Assembly: GCF_041956535.1 (NCBI RefSeq)
Contig: NW_027192195.1
Span: 1,020,287 to 1,084,286 of the forward strand
DNA from: Calcarisporiella thermophila CBS 279.70
Lineage: Eukaryota > Fungi > Calcarisporiellomycota
Length of the DNA: 64,000 nt
Direction: 5' to 3'
Every line of letters begins with the position of its first letter. Within the stretch, counting starts at the first letter, position 1. Below are positions 1 to 13,623 of the stretch, piece after piece. The translations under genes were made by a program, and so were the position numbers. The notes beneath the pieces are model-generated. The model made no database searches. It was not told the origin of the DNA and saw only the letters and a program-made list of their open reading frames with translations.

Positions 1-1843
1 AGCGGTGTTGAACCCGTTCTTCTCGAGGTAGAGTCTAAAGTCTTCGTCTTCTCTTTCCAAAGATTCGGGCTGGATGTTTGGAACACAGAAATACGCAACA
101 ATACCTGCAAGAATAGCCAGGCTGCTCGAGAAGAGGAACGAGCCGCGCTCGCCAACCGCGCTCACCATAGGTGAGAAGGCAGCTGTGCCAACCGTAGCAC
201 CGATTTTGCCAATAGCTTTGCAAAATGCACATAGTGAGTTTGCGAACCAAGATGTTACCCCACCACACCACATTCCCAAGCCACACTTACCTGCAGATAT
301 GCCATACGCTGTCCCACGTACCGCAGTTGGGTAAACTTCGGTAGACACCAGCCCAATCTAAGAAAAGGTTAAAACATGGAGTCAGGTCAGATTTTTAGGT
401 TTGCCTTATATCCAATCATACCATATCTCCCGGGCCGAGCTCGCCAAGCATTAGGAAGATGCCATACATGACAACAAACATTGGGAAACAGTTAATTACA
501 AGAAGATTCAAGCATCCACCCAATATCAGACCAACACACCCTTGACTTATAAAACCAAGGGCCATGGTGTTCTTACGCCCTAGTCTATCAGAGAGCAGAG
601 CGCCTGCAATGGCACCCGGCAAATACATTGCATAGAGCAACGTATTCCAACCTTTGAGAAAGAGAGTATTAAGTTAGAGAGGGGTGGATGGCGGGGGGGC
701 AAATGGGGATTAGAATCGCATACCAGCCGTCTGTTTTAAAGAGTTATCCGGCACTACAACCGAGAGAATAGTGGATGAGAATACACCACTTGGATATGAG
801 ATGAAATCGTAAAAAAACCATAACCCCCCCGTGATCAATAGTCGGGGCCAGTACCGCTTGATGATAAGCCAATAGGGTACCTTGCGCTTGAGCGACGACT
901 TCCGGAATCGGGTAGTGTCGGACATCTTCAACCGGACTAAAGAGGGAAGAGAGAAGCATGAGATCCAAACTCGGTTGAGGGTCTAAGCAAACACAGAGAT
1001 GAAATCTTACACCAAAGAACGCTAAGCGGGGGCACCACCCCAAGGCCCAGACACAGGCGCCAGTTTGGTTCAAGCTGCTGCTCACCAAAGATTGCCAGAA
1101 GAATCAAAGGCACGAAGGCCGACACAACGTAGCCAAGGTCAATCACGAAGTTAGTCACCATAATGAATAGTAACCCACGTCTTCCGGGCACCACTTCATC
1201 CGCCGACTCTGCGGCACTGGTACTAGAGCATGGATATTCACCACTAAAATGGATAAAATGTATCGGTCAGCAACTCTTCTCACTCATCTTTTAACAGAGG
1301 GCCAAAGGGCCAAATAGCTCCAACTTACCCTACTCCTACGCCAAGGATACCACGAGAGATGACGAGCATCCAGAATAGACCCTCGGGTGTGGAGCCACTA
1401 CTGGCTGCACTCAAGGCGGCCCCGACGATAACGAGGATTGTGGTAGAAATAAGTCCAACTTTGCGGCCAATTCGGTCACAGATAAGACCAAATCCGACTT
1501 GTCCTATTAGCGCCCCCACGAACAATGCGTAGGAAATCCGAGATGCAACCTCTGGAGTGAAGACATCAGTTCCATATATCAATTTCAAGAGAACTTGTGC
1601 AAAAGAGATAATGCCCGATTGATATCCGTCTGAAAACAATGCGAAAGCAGAGAAGATAGTTACAAATATGGCATTAGAGCGCGAGCGGGATCGAAGAGCT
1701 TGGTTTGCATCCCCTTTCAATTTAGAATCCTCATTTTGCGGGGCAACCGCATCAGCCTTCTTGGGCAGCTCATCGGGAAGGGATGGGATGTTGGGTGACT
1801 GTGTGAAGTCTTTAAGGAGACCACTCTGGCTGGAACTTGTCAT
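1..1843 (-). CDS. GIT1: MFS glycerophosphodiester/phosphate permease (GIT1/PHO84-like), multi-exon, 3' end outside window
   Basis: Exons encode FSAFALFSDGY, GQVGFGLICDRIGRK, SRGILGVGVG|GEYP, LSDRLGRK, ELGPGD and EVYPTAVRGTAYG. These are typical GIT1-type MFS motifs joined by GT-AG introns. Confidence 0.85.
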
Positions 1844-2848
1844 GAGACCTGCAATATAACCCTTTGAAGTAATGCCAATATGGAGAACTGCTGCCCGGGG
1901 GTGGATAAAAGTAAGGGGAAAGCGCTTTTGTATTCTGCAACCTCAGACAAGACTTTTTATATTGTCCCTGATCGGGGACAAATCAATGGGTACAGCATCC
2001 ACTCCAACCAATAAAAACGTGTTGGTTTTCTCCGCGACTGCTTTATGTCATGGAAAGAGATGGAAGTTGAGGTATGAGAGCCTAGCAAAAGAGTCTAAGC
2101 ATGCCTTCCAAGGCTTGCGCTCAGTAGTACTAACATATGGCGACATGCAGCGGGGCCGCGTCGCACCTGCTACGGAGAGCGTGCGGAAAACGTGTCTCAG
2201 TGGGAGGAAGACGAAAGCTCTTGGCTACATTACCTCAGCGGGTTGCGATCACAGCCAAGACATCGACATGTAGGGAAAGGAGAGGCAGCACACCTCGATA
2301 GCTTTTGATTGCACACTCGGTTTCCTCCGAGTAAATGGAACCGCCCACGTGCTGATGTAACTCCACGGGGGTGGAACTACAATCTATTGCGAATTCCCTT
2401 TCTCTTCCCCAGGCTGCTTCTGAGTAGAGGGGAATGGCATGGGGCCTCGGAGGGGGCACGTCATAGAAACGCCTGCATCCCATTGGATAGGGACGAAGAG
2501 AGGAGTCATTGTTTGAGAGAAGGGGGCGAAGCCCAAGAGGAAACCCGTCATGGTCTCTTCCCATCATGCAAGTCGCTGCAACCCGAACCTTAAGAGTAGA
2601 ATCGGATCATATTGAACCTTGCATTGCCTCTGGAACAATCCAATTTCGATGACGCTTCTGTGACCAGTTCCTTCCCCAGCCATAATTCATTGGGCCGCCA
2701 TAGAACCCTTTCCATATGCGAACTGGGAATTAACCCTATTTCGGAATCATGATCATTCGGGGATGGACCAAACAGAAGATATGGAACTTAAGCCTTCAGA
2801 CGCATTTTATTGAATAATACAAGAAGCAATGGAAGCGGAAAAATACAC

Positions 2849-3561
2849 TTATGAACTAAAGAAGTTTTGCTCGGTGAGGCGTTGCACAGCCTTGGTGCTC
2901 TTCACGGCCTCATTGAGTTTGACCAATGCCGGGGTCTTTTCGCTGTTGACAATGGTCTGGAATACTTCCTCGCCAAGGACATTCTGGAGCAATCCAAGGA
3001 TGGCAAACGCATGGATGTCAGCGACAGTGAATTTGTCCTTAAGGTAGTGACCATTGCTGGAGTTCTTCTTGAGGAGGCGCTCGTGATAGGGAATGAGCTT
3101 CTCAGCACTTTCTTGCAGAGTCTTCTTGCCGGCTGCCTTCTTCTCCTCCTCCTTCGCAAAGAAGACATGATGCAATGCGGTGGCAAGCAAGTCATTCAGC
3201 GAATCAATCACCGACTCCACAAAGGCAGTTTCATCGCTATCGTCCCCGAGCAGGCCGTGTTCACGCGCGAGATACCGACTGATGGCATTGGATTCGGCAA
3301 TTTCAACGCGCTTGCCATCGGGCTTGGTGACATAGAGGATAGGGAGACGGCCGAAAATGGTGTCGGGTTTCTCGGATTCCCAGCTCTGGGGATGCTTAAG
3401 GGTATAATCGGCCTAGTAAAAGGAGGGAAGCGGAATTGGTGGTGTTGGAAAGGCAGTCCAATGAAAGTAAATACATTAACGGTCTCAAGGAGGATGCGAA
3501 TGGTGCGAGAAAGGCCAGCAACGTTGAAGTAGTAGAGCTCGTATTTGTTTTGAGAAGCCAT
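2849..3561 (-). CDS. Glutathione S-transferase (2 exons)
   Basis: MASQNKYELYYFNVAGLSRTIRILLE, then an intron near 3473-3412, then FGRLPIL..IAESNAISRYLARE..YLKDKFTVADI. Both GST N- and C-terminal domain motifs are present. Confidence 0.9.
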
Positions 3562-4324
3562 TGATATTATTCTTTTGGTTCTTTTGTGAGGATTGGATGG
3601 GGGAAAAAATACGCAAACCCAAGGGGGGTATTTATAGCTAACTAGAATCCATGCAAAAAGCTCGGATCTGGATAAAATCAAAAGCCAGTAATGATTATTA
3701 ATGCAATGACAATTCATTTTCACGGCCACCGTAATGAATCCATTTGAAGGACGCTTCTTACGGTAGCACAGCGTAGGAGTCCATCTTAAATCAAAAAAAT
3801 ATTGGATATTATTCCCCAGCGTGGTTTGCTCTGAAATCTGTCTATACAAAAGTCTAGAGGGTTCTTCGGTGGATTAGTAATAAGATTTAATGACGCAGAT
3901 AGTCACAAGCGAGAAATTATCCCTTTCTTCAAAGCTATGCAAGAGAGTTTCTTGACTCACCCTTTGCATAACCCCCAACGTTGAGAACGCTTTGGCGCAT
4001 TCGAGTTTAATTCCACTTTGGATCTGAAGAGTTACTTCAAGGCTCCAAACTGGATTTTGTATGGTTATTGTTTCAATATATGGTTTGGAATGTTGAACAA
4101 GTTTGATATTCCTCAATAAGAAGGAATTATGCACTGTGCTTTGTGGAAGAGTGCTGTTCTAAAATGTAAGGAGGTGCCTGAGGAGAGAAAATAGGCACTA
4201 GGTCCTTCACACTACCATGGATATTGACCTTTGGCAAAGTGAAAACAGGTCTCCTTAGAGAAAGAATTCCCAATTCAGATACATCGCGTTTTTGTAAAAG
4301 AATGGCATTTGTATTTACATTATG

Positions 4325-4350
4325 ATTCATTCATTCATTCATTCATTCAT
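4325..4350. repeat. (ATTC)6 microsatellite
   Basis: Read directly from the sequence. Confidence 0.9.
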
Positions 4351-6009
4351 CCTTTCATTACAGGTACCGAGCTATTTGCCTCGGTACATTGGTCAAGGTG
4401 GTGATTTTATACAAGCACTGACCCCTACGACATAAATGAAATTCTAATGAAGGTACTTTTTAAGGAATCGGGGTTGTCCAAATAGGATTAGTAGCCGCAT
4501 AATCCGTGTAGGTTTAAAATAAATTGGATATCTACAAATAGAACGAGTTTGCTGGCTTGTGATGTTTTCATTGGCTTCTATAGCCGTAGCTACTAACAGA
4601 ATGTACGTTATGTATTCAACGATTTGAGCCCATAGCAAGTTCGCCTGGCTTATTTCTAATAAAACAGGCGTGCAATCATCCTCTTGCAAATATCCTTTCG
4701 AATATCATCTCATTTAGTCATCTAAAAACTACTTTACGCGCTTTATTAAAATTGAATCGAGCAATTTTCATTAGCATACACAATATGTATTCTCCAGATC
4801 AATATGGCTTGGTAATTAGCTAATTTCGAAGCTCTCTTCAATTCTCTATCCGAAATATCTAGCCATATTCTTCGGTTAGTTAAAGCCGTAGTAACAGATA
4901 TAGAATATTAAACTAACTTGAGATCTTGGGGGACAATTTTAAGGGAAAGATCTCCTTACCACTGTTCTTAGACTATTTATACCTCATCCTATGACTTCTT
5001 CAATGTGTAGCCTCTAACACGAGTGAGGAGGTGAAAAAAATAATCTTATCTCATTGAGAATGGTGGCTAATATCTCGCTATCGCATTATCTGTACGGGAC
5101 CGACGTTTCGATGGTTGCGAGCAAAGTATATTCAACTTAGTCTTATTGCATTGTATTATAGATTTGTATCTCCAGAAGGAGAAATACGAGCTTTTTGCGA
5201 ATACCATCTATTGTAGCAGGCAACCAAGACCAATCCCTAACACACTAAGGGATAATGAAGATTGGTTTGGTTACGCAATAACGATGATTTGGATCGGATC
5301 GAATGCCAGCCCACGTCTGAGAATGGTCCCGTAAACATGGACTCTTCTCGTGCTTGTAACAGTTATTTTGAGTACATCTTTTCCTAAAGGAATAAAATCC
5401 ACTCTCAAGATTCTTCAATTTAAAGTAAGTTTATCACATCCGTTGGTTAGCACTTTATCTAAATTAGCGGTAGCATAAATTTGTCCATAGATTCAACATC
5501 GCTCATCAATGCGATGGTACTAGATCCGCATATATGCCAATTCAATCGACCATTTCATCTAGTATTACTAGCATTAGTACCATGGTTTTTGGAGATTGCA
5601 AGATTCACAGCATTCACTGGCCCAGCTGTGTATATCAATAAAAAATGTGGAAAGTAGGATATTGCTAAAGCTGATAGCTATTCAATGCTGCATCCGTCCT
5701 TTTTCTTTTATTTTCTGAAATTACTGGAAATGGAATTCACATTTGCGACCAAGTCCATTACTGCAGCGCAAGTGAATTATGGATCAAATATAGCTTATAT
5801 TTTGATATGACGCGCTTGAAAAATTAAACGCGTTAGCACTGTCCGCAGCACATTGGCCGGAGAATCTTACTATTTTCTCGAATCACTTAACCACTCAACT
5901 TACAGAACTTGCATAATTATTTCTTTCCTCACTGTTTTTTCTCCCTTCCCCCTCCCCCCCCTCTCTCCATAATCACAAACTGTCATATCAAGAAATAGCA
6001 GAAAAAAAT

Positions 6010-6634
6010 ATGCCAGCCGGGATTTCTCGCAAGCGCTCCTCTCCTCTCTCCCTTTCTGATAAATCACCAATGTCTTGGAAACGCTTCCATCATGTGGCTG
6101 CCGAATCGCTCGCGAAACCTCCTAAATTTCGCAAACTCGACGAATCCGATAGCGAGTCTGGGGATGATGGGATGTGTGGTAGGTTTCCGCTCCGGATCTC
6201 CCTTAATCACTCTCGAGGTGGACATCCATTGATCAAGACTAATGTTCTACTCGATCTAATGTATAGATGAACCAAACCGTCTCCTCCGCATTCCAAAATC
6301 GCGATCTCATGCCCGCTCGCCTCGCATTCGTCCCCAGCATCCTCACATCCCTTCTAAATTAAATGGGGCAACCAATTGTGCAGTTTGTTATCGTCAAAGG
6401 TTGTTTACGGCCACATTTACTCGCTGCGATAAATGCTCAGCTGAAGTGTGCATGGTGTGTGTGCGAGGCTGCGATGCATGCAGGGGTGCTGTATGTAGTC
6501 GATGTTGTGTGGAGATTCCTGAGTAAGAAGCTTATATAAAATCACTTTAAATGAGACGCTAATCTTCTTCCGTAATGTATAGAAATGACGATGTGCTAGT
6601 ATTGTGTCACGGGTGTAAATTAGCTCAGTCTTAG
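6010..6634 (+). CDS. SIVA-like cysteine-rich zinc-finger protein (exons 6010-6178, 6267-6522, 6583-6634)
   Basis: The spliced product ends CAVC-x11-CDKC-x4-CMVC-x3-CDAC-x4-CSRC-x13-CHGC-KLAQS*. Both introns are GT-AG with CTAAT branch sites. Confidence 0.8.
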
Positions 6635-7021
6635 GCGATTGCTCTAGGCGCTTAAATGTTAGTGGAACGCGTGCCCCCTTTTTTGTGAAGTTTATCCCTC
6701 TTATCCTTAATCCTCTTCTCTTCCCTCCAATGCCCCAATTACGCTCTTTTCTGTATATCCCCACTCCTTACCTCTCTGTTTTCTTTTCTCCGGGACTTCT
6801 TGTTGATCCGTTGCTATAAACCCTTTTTCTTTTCTTTTCTTTTCTCTTTTTTTTTTTTCTCTCTTACTCTGCATTATATAATACCAAACACAATATAATA
6901 CATATATGTATTGAAATAAAATATTCTTTGTATTTATCCATTTTAGCATGGAAATAGCGAGACAGTCACAATGGTCTAATATGGAAAGCGTATAATGTAG
7001 AGGGAATGGGAGAGAGAGGGA

Positions 7022-7976
7022 CTATGAGGTTGCCCGGTAGGGTTCATAGCGATGCCGAGTCATTTCTGGATCATCTCTGGGATGCCCTCCTCGAAAACAT
7101 TCGTTACAATACAGATCACCGTCACAGTCATGACATCGAATGGTTGCGTCTTCGTTACATATACCTAGGGTGTCAAATGATTTGAAAGAGTAGATGCTTC
7201 GTAAGTCCATGATCCCGCCTCCGTGAATATGCAGGCTTATCTTCAAGGCAAGATAACTTACAACACCAAGTATCAACCTCATTAGGTCGTATCTCCTCTA
7301 TATCCAAAGGCTCCGGAGGAGGTCCCAACTCGCTGCCATCTCCGACTTCTTTTTTACCTCCACCTACCCGTGTTGCAGCAAAAGTAGGGGTATCTCTGAA
7401 AAGTTTTTGAAATCGTTCGGCCAGCTCATCGTCTTGTTTCTCTGCAATATCCTTGTATTTCCTTTCGATGGCCACCTCATCATTTGCTTGTGCAAGAATC
7501 TCAGAAGTCTCATGGTTATCAGCGCTGTTATTAATATCTTCACCTAGAAATGTTTCGATAGCGCGATCGAGCTTCGAATTAGGGGGATGGGTAATGAGCT
7601 CAGAATCCAAATCCTCTAGCAAAGAAGAGTCGGAAAGTAATCTTTCAACCTAAAATTGGATGGAATTAAAGACTCTTAAATAGTAAAATATCCAATTTCA
7701 GACAGTATACCTCATCTAAATCCTCTTTGTCGGCCTCTGGAGGAGTCGATTGAGTTTTCGAGTTGTTAGGCTGTGGGCCAAAGAGCTTGGTAAATCGGTT
7801 TATCAATTCATCATCGCTACATGTAACAAAATTAAAAGTATAAATTAAAACATCCAATACGTAGCAAAAAGTGAATAGTTAAAACACCTGAGTTCTATAG
7901 GTTTACCAGATGAACTGGTTTGCACGTTAACCACTGTTAATTGCTCTATACGCCTGCGGAAATCATCATCAGACAT
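7022..7976 (-). CDS. ZFYVE19/ANCHR-like B-box zinc-finger protein, no FYVE domain seen
   Basis: The spliced C-terminus [30 protein letters not shown] matches the ZFYVE19 C-terminal finger. The start is MSDDDFRRRIEQL at 7976. Confidence 0.8.
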
Positions 7977-9924
7977 TTTAATCTTAGAGTGGCAAAATTG
8001 AGCAGGACTAAAATTTTACGGCAAAATTATTTTGCTCCAGCTTCTCTCTCCTAATGAAACACAGACTATGTAGTTTTGACGAGAGTTCACCAACATATAG
8101 CGGGAAATGCAATATGGCAAATATTATAAGAACAAATAGCCTCCTTTTTCTCAGGTATACAACAGAATCCCCCAATATGAATAATGTATTCTCGATCATA
8201 CTGACCTACTTACTACATTTTGGGTGGATTATCGAAGCGAAAAGAACCACTCTGAGTCGGTAATACTTAGCTCGTGTCGCCTCAGCATATACACCACAAA
8301 TTTCATCTAGAGAGAATACACTACTCGGGATGAGTGCTGTAAATGATCCCGACTTACTCTCCTTAAGTGATTAACTGTTTTGTAAAACAAGATGCAAAAG
8401 ATACTCCATACTCCAGACAGAGTAGGACCAATCAAGTAATTATATCGGCCTTGAATAGCATCCCTATTCTCTAGAAATCCAATGAAGTAGCCAAGTGAAG
8501 TCTCTTCAAAGAAGTTGTCATCGTGTACCCAATTTAACTCTCAGGTCGCTTTCCTTCGCTATGACTCGGTCCATATTAATAAAAATTGTAAAATCATTAA
8601 ATATATTCGATTGCCAGTGTATCGAGGACCGTGAACTTATACCAAATGTAGTTTCCTGAAGAAGCATAGTAAAGAGCAACAATATACTAAAATAGATTGA
8701 AGGGTATTGGTCGTATAATTTTTATAGCTGGCATTATTAAGGTATACGAGAACACGTTTAATCTACTCGGCTCTACTATGCTCTGCTACATCGTGCTACA
8801 AAATTAGCTCGAAATCTCTCTTCGTATTGTTCTCTGATACCCACGATTCAAAAACATAAAGCATATCCATGCGAATTTAAGTTGGAACGGAGAGCTTAAA
8901 AAAAATCTATCAAGTCGATAATAAGCTGCGATAAGATAAGAAAATGTTTGCGTGTAAGAAGAAATGCTAGCTGTTAATACTTGAACAAGGCGAGCAGATA
9001 AGGAAGCATTAAGATGAGAGCAGATTAATGACCTTGCCAATCTGTAATCAATTATTGAAGCTGGCTAATGGAACAATTTCAGAAGCAAAATGTGAACAAA
9101 AAAAAATGACCTAATAAGTCGACATCGGTGTGCTATGGTGTCAATTGTATCCAAAATCGAAAAGGAAGCCAGATGCAGTCGCTACTAGAGCAGCCGAATC
9201 CGACCATTTGCGTCCGGTATTAGGGAGAAGAGGGATCGGATGTACGGAGCACCACGATCAACTGACCCTGGATAATTTACATAGGACGATGAAGCCATCC
9301 CAGAATAGTCATAATGAAATAGAGTGTGAGTTCAGTTTCTATTTTCGTCTGCATTGAGCGCAATTTTCCCCGCATGTAATGAAAGAGGTCTCCAAACAGG
9401 CTCTGCCAAGCCGTCGGATCGCGCCTCTATTTTTTCCTCCAAAGTTCTACGGGTAGGGTGGGAAATCGTGGCAGCCGGATCTAGGCGCGAAACGTAAACT
9501 TGCTGGCCATGATGAAACCACGCATTTGTTGGGCCCGCCAAGTGCCGTGGTGCAAGTCATTACGTGTATGCCCAGCATTTCTCAGAAGTTGGGCTTAGTA
9601 GCTGGGGCTCATTGGAGCCAAAATAGTTGAGGACAGTTTGATCATTTCCTTAGCCTCGTGACTTTTGTGATATTGTCAAAGGCATAGCCGAGAAAAACTT
9701 TCCCGGTTTTGGGCAGCGGTTAGTTTTCCCTCTGTTCTCTCTCCTTAGCCGTGAAGAGGCAGTGGTATACCAGCTCTCCATTACTTCACAGATGTCATTT
9801 AATTTATTATTCGCATTTCATTCTCCTGTTGTTCTTTTTTAGCGCCATAACTTTGTCTTACTAAACGCATTAAGTAATTTTTAACTAAAACGACTCGCAG
9901 TTACTTTTTCCGGTAGAATCCATA

Positions 9925-12423
9925 ATGTCGATTCCGTCGATTCGAAAGTGGATGCATCCGGTACGTTTTTTCTTGGAGATGAATGGATTTTACTACTCTG
10001 GCCGATTGCTGACCTTCTTGCTTATAGGCTCAGATACCCACCAGCAAGTCCATCACGCCACCGCTGGAAATTGAAGCCCTGTACGACCCGAACGAAAAGT
10101 ATTTTGGACTTGAAAATGTAGCGTAGCTCGAATGCATGTTTTTCCCCCAGGGCATTATTTATCCTAATTCTTTCTTGTATTAATACTGGATAGTTTGGCA
10201 ACACATGCTACTGCAACTCCATTCTTCAGGCTCTCTACTATTGTGTACCCTTTCGGGATTGCGTGGAAAATTATCCATCTCCATTACCTCCACCTTGCTA
10301 TCCTGCCGCCTCGCCTCCCCTCAGTTCTACCGCAGCACCTCCCCCACCAGCAGCAACTAACGGGCACATGTACCTTCCTGCTTCCATACTCTCTACTCCC
10401 ACGATTCCTGCGGTAAACGGGAAAAAGCCGGTGCCCTCAGAGCAAGAGACCGCAACCGATACCCCATCGTTGAGTGTAAAGGGAATGGAGGACGGTCTAT
10501 TTGTCGCGCTAAAAGATTTGTGGTGGCGAGTGAAGAGTCAGCCGTCCAGAACAGGTGCCTTCGCGCCAAGAATGTTTATTTCAAAGTTGCGAAAGATGAA
10601 CGGTGAAGCATCGAAGCTCTCTATTTCAAATACATAAATCTAATCATATCATCTCTATTCAGAGATCTTTAGTGGTATGGCCCACCAAGACGCTCACGAG
10701 TTTCTCATGTATATTCTCAATGCGGTAGCTGAAGAGGTTGAGGCCTATGAGCGGGACTTTGCTGCGGAGCTGCAAAAAATGCGGAGTCATACCCTGAAGC
10801 AGCAGGAGAATTTGAATGGCTCTCTTACGCCCGCTAACGAAGACAACGTCAAAACCGAGAGTGTTGCTTTCGGTGTTGAACACAACCGTACCACTGCGAC
10901 CTGGATCCACGACCTGTTCGCGGGAATCCTTACCAACGAGATAAAATGCCTCACATGCGAATCTGTCACGAGCCGAGACGAGACCTTTCTCGACATTTCG
11001 ATCGATATCGAACAGCACACCTCGGTCACCTCGTGTCTGCGCCAGTTTTCCGCCAGCGAAATACTCTGTCACCAAAATAAATTTCTGTGCGAAAACTGCG
11101 GAGGCTTGCAGGAAGCTGAGAAGCGAATGAGAATCAAATCGTTGCCGCAGGTCTTAGCTCTGCACCTGAAGCGGTTCAAATACGAGGAGAAGGTGCAAAG
11201 GTTCGTTAAATTGTCCTACCGAGTGGTGTTCCCTCTCGAGCTGCGGCTCTTTAACACAGTAAGCTCGTTATAAAAACAAACCGTCTCTTGAAACTCAAAA
11301 TGACTTCTTGGCGGTTTTTTCTTATAGAGTGATGACTCGGTGGATTCAGAACGACTTTATGAACTCTACGCAGTCGTAGTCCATATTGGCAGCGGCCCTC
11401 ATCACGGTCATTATGTTACCTTAATTAAAAGTTTGGGACAATGGCTTATCTTTGACGACGAAACTGTGGAGGTAACTCGATAATTTTTTATTTTACCACC
11501 TTTATTTGTCCTTAACAAATCGATAATTTTATTTAAAAAATAAATAATAGACGATCGAGGAGTCCGATATCCCCAAGTTCTTTGGTGATCGAGCGGGCAC
11601 GGGCTCTGGATACTTATTATTTTATCAGGCCAAAGATCTCAATATTTACTCACTCAACATTCCACAGACTTATTGGAGTGCAAAGGAAACACAATCTACA
11701 ACTGAAGAAATGGCTGGGAATAAAAAAGAAGACTTGGAAACAGGGGAAGCTTGTGCAAGCAGCTCTGCTTCATCGACCATCGCGACGGCTACCCATATTT
11801 CCACTACCGATGGAAATGGAAAAGAGCATCTATCGAACAGTAGCTCTACAGAGCGTGAGAAGGACAAGGAACCAGAGCGGAGCAGGGAAAAGGAGAAGAC
11901 CAAAAGTAAAGATGTTAGGCAGTGGTTCTTACGCAAGCAGAAAAGTGAGCATCGTCGTAAAACCGAGAGCCCACAACCGGTCACAAGCACGCCTAATGGA
12001 GGTGGGGAGAGGAAATGGTTCCAGCGCAGCAAGAGCATTACAGGAAATGTTCGGGGCACCGGTTCCAAAGAAATGGGGGATGTCAAGGAGAAAGCCGACG
12101 AGAAGCCGCGCTCTGCTCCTCATTCCGTACGCTCCAGCGCATTTACCTCCCCATCGAAAGCGCATGAATCCCAGGCTCGCGAGCTGCAGCCGCCATTTTC
12201 GCTTCCAAAACACAGATTTTTGGCAGAGGGGGCGACGGTAGAGGGATTTTTGACGGGAAACAAAGCTGCCGCGACCCCACAATATCGAATCTCGGCGTCC
12301 GTCCATAGCCGGGGACTTGCGATGAGCTTAGTAGGGGGAGGGGAGAAGAGGAGGGGGAGAAGAGGAGGGGGAAGGCGCTTCTATACACTGTCCGTCTGCG
12401 TATATGTACCATTTTATTTATGA
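9925..12423 (+). CDS. creB: Ubiquitin C-terminal hydrolase, USP12/USP46 (CreB, Ubp9/13) family
   Basis: Cys box FGLEN|[33 protein letters not shown] and His box [15 protein letters not shown], followed by a low-complexity tail. Confidence 0.92.
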
Positions 12424-12644
12424 TTCGTATTTGATACCGTGCTTTTATTTTCTTTTATTTATTTATTTATTTCTCTCTTTGCTTATTTATTTTATTCTCT
12501 TGGAATGAGCTAGGGAATGTTTTTACTCGAGTTGAGAATAATGCTATCATAATAATAATAGCCTGGTATTGATGGATGCTAAATAGTGGTGATCAGCTGC
12601 AATTCGGCAAACCAAATAATGAAAGTATAAGAGGAGGGGCCGGT

Positions 12645-13571
12645 TCATGGGTTCACTCTCTCCTCCTTCCAGCTCCCATCCGCGCCTCGAGTGAATAGCC
12701 TCCGTTCTGGAGGAAATTGCCACAGCTTTACCCAGTCGACTTGCTCAACCTCCACCAACAATAGCACAAATTGCTTCAGAGCCTCTTCCTCCTGGTCTTC
12801 AGCCAGTTCCTTTGGAAAATGATGCTTCTCTACTTCTTTGTCATTATAGTCGGTAGAGAAAGGTTCTCCTGGAGGAGGATATAGAAAAGAGGCGCGAAGG
12901 AGAGGAGTGAGATCTCTCCAGAGTCGGAGGCGCTCGGACTCAAGCGCTTGAGGAAGTGGCTGCGCAAGATTATCGGTATTGGGTCTGGTATCAATGTTGG
13001 GATCGGAATGCGTGAATTGGCGAGAGAAAATATGTGCTGGAATGAGGTCGTGAGGGAGTGAGGAATAGGGCTGCTGTTCTTTAGATGCAAGGAAGTGGAC
13101 ACGACCCGAGAGACGGTATTGTTCACCAGTCACAGGTAGCCACCTAGTATATTAGTGGAATTTAGTGGTTGGATAAGGGAACGGGCCGCGGATCACGACA
13201 ACAATGAAATGTTGGTGTGACTAAGCAATGAGGGCGATGTATTACCAACATAATTCAACACTATTGTCAGCTTGAAATTGGGCAAGTTTTGGCGTACGGG
13301 CGTCAGTGGTTATCAGGAGTAGATCAGTTTCCAGAGACGAATGAGTATCAAACAGAAAGCCACGTGCGACCACGCTACGATTTCTTGGTCTTTTAGTAGC
13401 TACATCGAGAGTCGCCAGCTGCACAGTCTCTAAGGGTTAGCGACGTTAGAGCAGTGAGGAAAGTAAATGAAGTAGAAACCTCTTACTTGCATGAGCGTAA
13501 GTTTGGAGATTGGAAGCAACGCTCTCTTCTATAAGTTGCTTCCATCTAGGACACTTTGCAGAGTGTAGCAT
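12645..13571 (-). CDS. Pyridoxamine 5'-phosphate oxidase-like FMN-binding protein
   Basis: QLATLD..PRNRSVVARGF..TTDARTPK..VELCW|WLPVTGEQYRLSG..VEQVDWVKL..WKEERVNP. Confidence 0.85.
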
Positions 13572-13623
13572 TTTTATCGCCACTCTATGATAAGGTTATT
13601 CGAGTCTGGTCCAAGCAATTAAA

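Noticed and set aside
2867-3532. 221-aa plus-strand ORF
   Set aside because: Antisense to the GST, which has clear family motifs.
4690-4698. ATATCCTTT, a perfect U12 AT-AC donor consensus
   Set aside because: Not in an identifiable plus-strand gene, and no convincing TCCTTAAC branch site with an AC acceptor follows. The NMNAT donor GTATCCAC also does not match the U12 consensus.
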